NCBI RefSeq assembly: GCF_001194135.2
Contig: NC_068981.1
Location: forward strand, 107,335,878-107,399,877
Reading direction: 5' to 3'
Length of the DNA stretch: 64,000 nucleotides
Source: Octopus bimaculoides
Lineage: Eukaryota
Part shown: positions 53,881-64,000 of the stretch, piece by piece
Layout of the letters: the number at the start of each line of letters is the position of its first letter
Numbering within the stretch: the first letter of the stretch is position 1
Translations under genes and position numbers: made by a program
Notes under the pieces: model-generated
Databases searched by the model: none
What the model saw: only the letters and a program-made list of their open reading frames with translations
What the model was told of the DNA's origin: nothing

Positions 53881-55084
53881 CTGACATTAAAGTGTTAAAA
53901 ACGATATGGAATAAATTATGAAAATATACTAAAAAGCAATAAATGCAAATTTTAAAATATAAAATATTTTTAAAGTACAAACTAAAACCAAAGGTATAGT
54001 TTTCATCATCTTTTTCTACTACCATAGAGCTCATCCATAAACTATTTTCATCTAGCAATGAAATATACTGACTTTGTACATGTCAATGCTGCATATTAGC
54101 TGTAGAAAGCCAATGATATTCAAGTTTTAAAAGAAGCAGCTTCAAGAGCAGTAGCATTAACATTTGTATATTTATTGTATTTAGCATACCAAAGCAATCA
54201 ACTATATATTATGACTTTAGATGTCAATGTTGTGTGTGCCTGTTTGCAAATACTGCACTATATATAGTGAAATTTATGTGAGATTTTGAATGTCAAAATA
54301 TAAGAAAACTAAAAATGAATTGAATATATCCAGTTTATAAAAGTTAACTAAAACATTCTATATGAATAAAATCATTCTTTACAGTTTCTCTTTTTTTTTT
54401 TTTTTAGTTATAAGAGCTTACCACCATAAAAAACATTGTTTAACAAGCTAAAAAGAATATACAACACAAAAACAACTTTGTAATCTCTATGGTTATAATC
54501 ACATCACTTGAATGTCATCTACAAGTACAATATATGAAAACAAGTCAACAAAAACAGCCTTCTCCAACTAAAATTCACAGAAAAATATGAAGTTAATGCT
54601 TACTGTTATAGGCTATACACTTTTACACCATATTACCTACTTGCAATTAAGTGGAGGGGTTAATTTAAATGTCAAATATTTTGTCTATGGACATAGAACA
54701 ATACAAGTAACAGAATTTTGAACCCTGGTTCTTATGGCCAGTGTCCTATTGATTGAACCAGTTAAAAAAAATAAAGAGAATTACAGAAGGTATAATGAAC
54801 TAAATGAAAAGGTAAACTATAAAATTTAGAATGCAAACATAAACAGGTTTAAATAATATATAAAATGGAGAAGTATAATAATGATATGAGGCCAGTAACA
54901 AATTCAGAGAAAAAAGAGGTAGGTTAATTTGTTTGATCCCTAACATCTATTCCTAAATTTTTTTCAAACTAATCTATATTTAATTTACCAGTAAAAACAT
55001 TTTTTCATTTATCAAATGTAATACTAAATAATGACAATCTATTCATCTCCTGCCAGCATGGAAAGCAGATGTAAAACAATAATG

Positions 55085-55123
<39 letters not shown>

Positions 55124-55237
55124 TAGAAAGGATGCTAATTGAAAACAACGCTTACAAAAAAAATGTCTTTTATCCATTTAACAACTTGGGCTAACAATAA
55201 GAAAAATTTAACCATTTCAAAATTTAATAATTCTCAC

Positions 55238-55295
55238 CATGGACGTCTACGCACATCAAAAAGATCAACACTACCATGTGTTCTCCATCTGCTTG
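55238..55295 (-). CDS. CACNA2D: alpha2delta exon (58 nt, phase 1-2): (A)[18 protein letters not shown](W)
   Basis: Acceptor ttttattgcag, donor gtgaga; DL.DVRRRPW motif. Confidence 0.95.
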
Positions 55296-56479
55296 CTGCA
55301 ATAAAAACAAGGAATTTATAAATTCTGGAATGAAAGAACAGTTCATTGCTTATATGATTTGATAAACACTAATTTATTTACAAATTTAAATTATACTACT
55401 TTTGTTTATGTGGGTTAATATTGGACTTTGACCAAAGCTGTTTAATACCAAGAATTTGTTCAGTTTTGCTTAAATACATATAGAATAGGATTGCAGGTAT
55501 AGCTGCATGGTTAAGAGGTTTGTTTTAAAACTACATGATTTGAAGTTTGATTCCATTGTGTGACATCTTGGTTAAAACATCTTAGATTGCCTCAAGTTGA
55601 CTAGTACGTTGTCAAAGGAATTTGGTACATGAAAACTGTTGAAGCTATAGGATATATTACATCTTTTGCCATATATTAGCTAATGATGTGAACATCAAAG
55701 AAAAACTAGTACTTTTTGAATGAAGTTCACCAAGTTGTAACTGCTTCCCCATCACTCGTTTTGGCAGAAATGCAATTGACTAATGATTGCTACTGGAAAC
55801 ATGTAACCCATGATGTCATTAGTCATGAATTATGATACAAATAAAATAAATTATTTAGGAATAAACACGTCTGGTATTTTGGCTATGTGGATATAAGATG
55901 TCAATCATATAGTTTAAGTTGAGCTGCTTCATTGTAAGGTATATTGTTCTGAAGTTTATAATTTAAAATATGTTGAAAACTATTTTGTTTCTACATTATG
56001 AAAGTTGTCAAACTCTGCAAACACTAGTTTAGCTTCACTTATGTTGTTCACTTCAACCAACTGGTCTAATTTATGTATGTATACAATGTAGGTAACTGAA
56101 CTGAAGTTCTAAAACCAAGAATATTCAAGAGTCTTAAAACAGTAATACATTGGATAGAAAGGTTCAATGAGTCAAATATTAAATAGAATACTTTATGGCT
56201 TTAAACTATAATAGATTGAAGGACTTGGATAAATTAGTAAGAATAGCAGAGAAGACATAGTTTGTATACTAAAAGAAGATAGAAAAATATAATTAGAATT
56301 ATGTTATAAAGTGATTGGTTTATTGAACGGTTAGTTAAGAATTATTGGATAGTGAAGTAAATAAGTGATTAGAAGCAAGTATATACACATGTACAGTTCA
56401 ATTTGCAATATTTATACTTAAGCTGTATGATACATTTGTTATAAATTTTTTATATATTTTTTTTTCTTGTAGATTTTAG

Positions 56480-57480
56480 AATTGTTATAAATTTCTTCAG
56501 TTTCCAAATACCCTGGCTTTGGTAGTTTTGGCACAAGTAGTTGAAGATGTGAGTGAATGAAAGATTTCCTTCAGGCCTTAGTTGTATATTTCTAATTTAG
56601 CTAAGCCCTAAAGTTATTGAATCTCTGAGTTTTTCCTATATCTAGCAGAAGAAAGAGGTTAAAGTAACGGCCTAGTGGCAAGTGTGTTGTTTCTGTTCTG
56701 AGAGGTTTTTGAAGGTCAATTTTTTTGAAAACCGTTCATTTCCAGAGAGTTTGTATGATATTGGAGTCTCGGTGTTACTTAAGGTTGTTGTGACATACTA
56801 TATGGCTGTTGTTAGTTATTGGTGCTGCTAATTAATTTGTAGAGTATTTTCTGTTTATGTGGTTTACATTCAATATGGATGTTTGCCAGTTTTTAGCTCT
56901 TCTTTGGTTTATTTGGTTTATCATTTTCTTGTTAAGTTGTTTGATGCTGAGTTTTACTTCTGATGTATTTGCAATGATTCCTAGTTTTTATCAATTTGGA
57001 GACTTCAGTCATATAACTAGGGAAGTATTTTTCTGTCTTGCTTGTGAATATGTTCTTTGAAAGCCTCTATAATTTTGCTGAGTGGATAGAAGAGTCATTA
57101 GTGCATCAAAAAGAATGCTTTATAGTATTTGTTCTGGTTCTCTGTATTCTGAGTTCAAATCATACCCCATGTTGTTGGGGTGGGACAGCGACACTTCTGT
57201 TAGGAACCATGCTGTCACTATGACAAGTAATACAATATCTGGATTCTGTGAACTGTAATTCTATCCTTTGATGGAGGTGATCAATGGTTCTTTAAGAAGT
57301 TTATGGGGTGTTTCATTTTGTTCATTGATATGCATGTGTGTTGTGATGATGAGAGGTAGATGGGTGAAACAGAGTTGCAGGAACATTTGCTATATTGTTG
57401 TAGTGGATTGGTGTATGGAGCAGAAAATAACACCTAGAAGAAAGTTGGAGAGGTATGTGGGTGTGTTGTTTAGAGAATAA
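56480..57480 (-). mobile_element. Highly degenerate retroelement remnant, possibly Penelope-like
   Basis: G/T-rich non-unique-looking block with stop-riddled frames; ..GIWKLKK-like fragment near 56500. Weak. Confidence 0.3.
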
Positions 57481-57560
57481 AGAAAATTTATTTGTATTCT
57501 AGTACCATGCTTTGAAACTGCCTCTCATGACAGTGTATGTTAAAGTGGTGCATCTTTAAG

Positions 57561-58232
57561 TACAAGGGGAAGTCAAAAATTATCTGCACTTTCACTATAA
57601 CATATCTTTATTATTGTCACACTGCCTTCTGCGCATGAGTGCTTATAGTTGGTACTATTGTGGTCACATGATAGAAATTGGAGTCTGATCGGGCCATTTT
57701 TTTTTTCTGGCTTTACAGTGTAAGTATGGCTGCTCCACTAGCAATGTGCACCAAAGAAGAACAAAGAGCAGTGATTCAATTTCTCTGGTCGATAGGTGTC
57801 TCAGATGCTGAAATTCATCAGAGGCTTTTAACACAATATGGAGACAGTGCACTACTGCATAGAAGTATGTATGAGTGGATCGAGAAGTTTAAAAATGACT
57901 GGACAAGCATAACGCATGAAGAGGGAGCAGGACACCAGTCAACCTCCACCACTGACGAGAAGATTCAGCAAGCTCGAGTGATGTTAATGGTAAACTGGTT
58001 CACCATTATCATCTCTCAAATCACTGCTCTTTGTTCTTCTTTGATGCACATTGATAGTGGAGCAGCCATGCTTACACTGTAAAGCCAGAAAGAAAAGTAG
58101 CACGATCAGGTTCAAACTCTGATCACATGACCACAATAGTACCAACTATAAGCACTCATGCGCAGAAGGCAGTGCGACAATAATAAAGATATGTTATGGC
58201 AAAGTGCAGATAATTTTTTACTTCTCCTCATA
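57561..58232 (+). mobile_element. Non-autonomous mariner derivative with ~215-bp inverted arms
   Basis: 57561-57776 is the reverse complement of about 58019-58232 (TA-bounded). Internal transposase N-terminus MAAPL..CTKEEQRAVIQFLW..GV..AEIH.RL..QYG....S.YEWIEKFK. Confidence 0.88.
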
Positions 58233-58817
58233 TGTAGATTAGCAGCACAGCTGGTAAGGTCTGTGGTAGTATGCAGCTGTTTATTATATACATGTACTGT
58301 TTTCATAGTCAACACTTATATTTCCAGCATGTTATACCCTATATGTTTTAAAATATCATTGCATAGCTTGGCCAAATTATTAAGTTATAACTTTTGCATT
58401 CTAAGTTTTTCCAAAATGAATTTCATATTTTTTCTTTTTTTGAATCATACCCCAAACATGTGCTTTAAATTTGTAACAGGACTTTACAAAATATTCTTAC
58501 ACTAAATTATGGCACTTATAAGACATCAGATCTGCTGTTTCATGCAAAAAATCTGATATCAGCAGAAAACAATTTTCTTTATTTCAAAATTGAAATTTTT
58601 CACAAGTCATTAAATTTGACTATTGGCACAATTAGACTGGTAATATACTTTTATTGCCAACTTATTACTTTTAAGCATAAGCCATATTAGAGTAGAAAGA
58701 ATTATTTGTGAATGAAGTCCATCTGACACCAAACAGAACATTTTCCATTTTTATGTAGTTTATATTTTATTTATGAATATGAATATAATTTAAGAATTAA
58801 AATAAAAATTAATTTAC

Positions 58818-58949
58818 CGGGATACATTCTCATGAAACCACTCTGGCTTCCAAAATACTGCCACAATAACTTTTTATTTTTGTTATAATTATCTTCAAAC
58901 ACTTTATCAAGCTGTGCTGACCATCCTAATCCATTGAGTATGTCTATAT
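58818..58949 (-). CDS. CACNA2D: alpha2delta exon (132 nt, phase 1-1): (D)IDILNGLGWSAQLDKVFEDNYNKNKKLLWQYFGSQSGFMRMYP
   Basis: Acceptor tatttacag, donor gtaaat; LN.L.W...LD.VF..N and LLWQ.FGS..G..R.YP motifs. Confidence 0.95.
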
Positions 58950-61900
58950 CTGTAAATATATATAGGAAAAAAAATTCCATTAGCTTATCATACAAAATGT
59001 AAAATTTTTAAAAAATTGTGATATACATCCATAATAGTTCACTTTAGAATGAATACAATTGTATTTACTTGAAAAAAAAAAATCAAAAATAATACATCTC
59101 AAAGTAAAACACGTGCAAGTTTGGGGTATACATGTATATGCATGTATAAATGGCAAATTTTGAGCCAAAGTGACTAAACTGCAACTATTTTAAGAAAATA
59201 TAAAATAGTATTTAATGTGTGAAGTGGCAAAGTCATTCATATGTGCACTATATACAAATAGATATCTCATTGCTTTACTGCAATTTATTGATATGATACT
59301 ACTATTTTAAATGTCATAATAATTTCTCACTAAAATCTGAAAGAGTAAAAACACTGGTGATTTATACTCTTTTAGAACACTGAAGATCAAGAAGGTTGCA
59401 TATACTGAATTTGTGAAACAGGTGGGGTTTTTTTTTTTCATGCTGAATTTTTCTCAAGATCTTTTGTTGAAAAATGTCATTATATTTTATTCAAATTGAA
59501 AAATAAATCAAGATGAACAGCCCGTTAAACTTGGTCAAGAAAACTAGTTCAGCTACATAATTCTCTTTATCGAGAAAGTTACAGGAATGTCATATGCAGT
59601 CTTCTTTGACAAGTGATATATTCCTACCAATATCAGTTTTTTATAATGATCAGTAAGCAGTATATTGTGACCAAGAAAATATCTGATACTTTAATTTCTT
59701 TTCATTGAATTAATTTAATAAAAAAAGCAAAAATGTTAGTTACTCTAGTGTAGCATGAAGAAAAAAATATTGTTTTAGGTTGTACTCTTCTTTGGATACA
59801 TTAGCTATATAGATTTTCAAGATCTGATAATTAAATATGATCACAAGTGTTCGAGGCAAATTAATTACATTTATACAAGTGTATTAATAAGTCATGTTAA
59901 AGCAGTATAATAATCTACAAAATTTGTTTCATTATTTTTACATAATTTTGTAATAATAAAATCAAGTGTGAACACTCCCTTGCTTTCCAATTTATGTATT
60001 TAGGTTATGCATCTAATAGTGCCACCAAAAATAAAAAATAAAAAATAAAATATCCAATTGGGTTTTACACTTCAAAGAAACAAGCTTGTGTGTATTAGAA
60101 TTCTTCAAACAAAAAAAATTTTGTGGTAGGGGTTGCAATGCTATGAAACATATTAATCATGTACAATGATTTTTTTTATGCTTTATAGATTTATTTTCCT
60201 TCAATTGACATATCAAGACATAATTCACATTTGGGAATTAATCAACAACACAATAAGCCTCAAAATATAGATTTTTTTACTTTCAAACATCTATTACTTT
60301 TAATATATCTAACACTTGCTCATGCCTGCAAAAAGAAAGGGGGGTCATGGTTAGAATGCTTTTGTTCATTGGTCTACTCAATCAAGCTAACCTGGAACTG
60401 AATATTGTATCTATTCTTATAACTGACTTGCTATGCATGCAGCAACAATATTTCAGTTAAATAAACCCATTACAAAACATTCTCAGTTTACTCCATTGAG
60501 ACTGACACTTAAAACTGGTTGTTCAGTCATCTACTATTGTTTCATTTAAAAAGTTGGCAAATTATTCATACTGGATTTTAGTTTGGTTGCATATTTCATC
60601 ATACAAACTTAGCATTAATCACATATAATCTATTTTACATTTCCAAACAAATATCTAAAATAGCTTAGCTGTTCTATTGCTGTGATTTTTTCTCTTTATC
60701 AAATAAAAAAAGTAAAATTTGAGACTAACAACCCACACTTCATTCATAGACAATATTACGGATAAACATCCATGGAAAGTAAAACTTGAATATGAATACA
60801 AAAATAATAGACATAATCAATATCAAGTAAAGGAGAGTGTCTAGAGTTCATAGTTGAGAAGTTCAAAGAACTGTTACCTATTCTGACAGGAAATAGATAT
60901 TTTTTATGATAAAGGGACAGGCAATATACAGAATCAGCTCAAGTATATTTGGTGTAATAAAGTTACTGTTTCTATCATGTCTAGAATAGAATGGGATAAA
61001 AATGATGTGTTGTGTGTACAGTAGAGTTGGGAGGAGTGGCTAAATCTAGATTAGCTCCATGGATATTGAGATATTTATTGAAACAGAGAAGTTTATAATT
61101 TTAAGGAAATTGAGATAATTTATACTGACAGATTCTAAGGATGAGGCAATAAAGATAGGCTACTAAACTGAGTAGCAAAAAATATACATTAAAATGACTA
61201 TAGATGAATTGATTGGATATCAAACCAAGACAAACCAGTGGTTTTAGTTCAGCAAATAGAAAGAAACATAATTGAATATTGGTTAATTGTATTAAGACAA
61301 AGTATCAACTAATACTAGTTAGAGTGACAAAACATTAGTCCTTCAGTTACCTAACATTAAATTAAATAATATCAGTTTTGTGCATGAAAAAGCATATAAA
61401 CATTTTTTTAGCTTTTATCATTTACTTTGGACTGTAGCCTTCCTGGGTCACCACCTTGAAGGGTTGGTTTAACAAATTGACCCCAGTACTTTTAAGTCTG
61501 GTATTTATTTTATATGGGGATGCAAACAAAGCAACTCTAGTTGTCAAGGATTGGGAGGTACAAACACACATGCACACAGACACACACACAAAAGGCTTCC
61601 ACACAATTTTACCTACCAAATTCTCTTACACGGCATTGGATGGCCTGGGGTTATAGGAGAAGACACTTGCCCAAGGTTTTGCGTAATGAGATTGAACTTG
61701 AAACCATGAGGTTGTGAAATGAATCTCTTAACCACACAGTCATGCCCAAAACAATATTGTAATAAATATAAAACAAATGTTTTATATCTTCTTTTTTTAT
61801 TAAGATAAAGCATTTAACATAAAGTTAATATGAAAACAATTTGAGGAAAATATATGCAATCTCTATATATGGGGAGAAATGTTCCATATATAATTTTTCT

Positions 61901-62939
61901 TTCAACTGATGTATGAAGGTAGTCAAAATTTGGAAAAGGAAATATTGAAAATGTAGAGATCAACTGAATTTTTAGACAAAATATATTTCTCTTTTGGTAT
62001 AGTTAAAAGAAAGTTGTGTTTATCTCTAGCCCTTTTAAAGCATAATTTACAAAGAAAATTAAAAGACATTTTTAATAAATGTAATTAATTTAATGATATA
62101 AGAGATATCTACATTAGTAAATGTCTTTTTCACTTATGAATTAACATCCAAAGAGACAGGAATTCTATCACCAAAAAGTCTAATTCAAAAACTTGAGGTA
62201 AAATTGAACCAAAAAGCTAAAGTATCAGGTCATGGATTTCCTTAGGCTTATTGCTGTCAGCAAAAATGAAATTTTGAAAAACAAAGTAAGATTGCATGAC
62301 ATTTGTTACACAGCTATGTAATTTGGACAATGAACCAACTCTGCTCATTGTTCCAAGATTGTTTTTGGTGTGACCACATTTTAAAATCTATTTGGAGGGA
62401 TAAATATTAACTGAAAAGATTATCCTTTATAAATTTTTTTAAAAATTTGTTAATTATGTATTATACATTTTCTACTTGTTTTTCAAGTGACAAAAATAAA
62501 ATACTCAAAACAAATTTTTGATATCACAATGTTTTCAAATTTATAATACATATTGCATGCAAAACATTTTCTTTTAATTTATCAATGCTCTCCTCCTCTA
62601 GAAACAGGCAAACAGGGATTATTTTCTGTAATTTGAAAAGATCTCATAAAAAACTATATTTTTTTCCATGCCACAGTTTCTTTTTAGTTGTTAGGGTCAC
62701 TATGGGTGTTAATCCAGTCCTAACAGCGGCACTTGTGGGTCTCACAGATCTGGAAGCCAAGCCCCCAGATAAACACCGATGCACAGGCTGTTGTTATCAA
62801 ACTGAGCGTGAGTCGAAAGCAAAGTCACTACACAACAGAATGGCAATTATGTCTTAGCTTTCACTGCTTAAACTAAACACGTGACATTTTTGCCTTACAA
62901 TATTGGATATTTCCTTTCACTCTTTTTAAAAAATGGCAC

Positions 62940-63182
62940 TCTGTTGGTTACAACAACTAGGTTCCTGTTTATCTGATCAATGGAACAGTCTGCTTGCAAA
63001 ATTGACATGCAGTTGGCTGAGTATTTCACAGACATGCATACCATAAGCTGAGTGGACTGCAGCAAGGTGAAGTAGAGTACCTTGCTCAAGAACACAGTAT
63101 GCTGCAGGGAATTGTACTCATGACTTTATGATCATGGGCCGAATACCCCTAACCACTGAGTCATGCACCTTCACTCTCTTAA
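62940..63182 (-). mobile_element. SINE of the 38400 family, reverse orientation
   Basis: ccttgctcaagaacaca...aaccactgagtcatgcacct is the reverse complement of the 38400 head. Confidence 0.65.
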
Positions 63183-63744
63183 CCATAGACAAAATGAGTG
63201 AAGTGATAGAGACAGAGAAAGGAAAGCATCAGTCATTTACAATGACAATTAGACTGAAATACAATCAATCTTTTCTAGCTTCTTTACTTTTAACAATGAA
63301 GAAGAGGGAAAGACATTTAGTAATGAAGAGAGGGAACGTCTTTCAGGTGTTTGTGTTTTTATTCTGGGAGATCTAGAAAGATCGAGTGTTAGTTCTCTCT
63401 TCTTTCTCCCACCCCTGATACTTATTCACCTTCTTTCATAGTTCTTTATGTCTTTTAGTTGGGGGGAAAGACCATGATTTTTCATGCACGTTTAACGTTT
63501 TCTCTGCAAACTACAAACAAGACCTTCCCTTCCCTTTTCTTCCAAACAAAAACTAATGCAAATTTTGAACGGGGTATAGCTCTGAAAAGAGCCCAGAAAA
63601 TGGTTAATATCCCCCTACAAAATCTGTGAGGGAGAAAAGTTGCCAACAGGTGGCTACACAAAATCCAACTCTATACTTTAAAAAGTGTCTTCTGGTCAAC
63701 CAAAGCCTTGTGAGTGAATTTGGTAGATGGAATCCAAAAGAAGC

Positions 63745-63786
<42 letters not shown>

Positions 63787-64000
63787 TGTGTGTGTTTGTG
63801 TCTGTGTTTGTCCCCCATCACCATTGCTTGACAATCGATGCTGGTGTGTTTTCATCCACGTGACTTAGCTGTTTGGCAGAAGAGACTGATGGAATAAGCA
63901 CCAGACTTACATGGAATAAGTTCAGAGGTCGATTTCTTCGACTAAAAGGCGGTGCTCCAGCATGGCAACTATCAAATGACTGAAACAAGTAAAAGAGTAA

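Larger units (their letters stand above)
233..58949 (-). other. CACNA2D: Partial gene span: voltage-dependent calcium channel subunit alpha-2/delta (13 coding exons in window)
   Basis: Hand-spliced GT-AG exons join in one open frame: DIDILNGLGWSAQLDKVF...LLWQYFGSQSGFMRMYPASRW...[33 protein letters not shown]...MLLTDGG...VRVFTYAVG...WMACSNRGYFSQI...GLGMVTTVTLPVYN...ILGVMGVDIT...LGPLGYAFAINRNGYVVFHPNL. These are hallmark alpha2delta motifs in the expected order. The paralogue cannot be assigned by eye. Confidence 0.95.

Noticed and set aside
61340-61370. AG|GT recursive splice-site candidate on minus strand
   Set aside because: The acceptor context is weak (tag, A/T-mixed tract) and such motifs are expected by chance.
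58950-64000. Expected upstream alpha2delta exon (..VHIP.EIY.G)
   Set aside because: No matching splice-bounded segment found; it probably lies beyond the window.

Overview
AT-rich, microsatellite- and retroelement-dense animal genomic DNA with four N gaps. The SINE/RTE/mariner repertoire looks like an octopod cephalopod (inference, not verified). The minus strand carries 13 hand-assembled, frame-consistent GT-AG coding exons (58949 down to 233; 1055 nt) of a voltage-gated calcium channel alpha2/delta (CACNA2D-family) gene. They encode the end of the N-terminal region, the RRRPWY motif, the whole VWA domain and the dCache_1 segments; the 5' and 3' exons lie outside the window or were not found. 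The 34.9-kb intron 4690-39580 contains a second set of same-strand, splice-bounded, open and phase-compatible exons (30506-30583, 25813-25908, 24277-24327, terminal exon 6867-7083 with stop) encoding a protein I cannot assign. This is either a nested gene or an alternative 3' end. One of these exons also resembles the alpha2delta W-x-x-x-Y-x-D exon and could be a mutually exclusive alternative. Other notable structures: a 557-bp near-perfect palindrome (44860-45416), three decayed mariner elements (one with ~215-bp inverted arms), three RTE LINE fragments and many SINEs.
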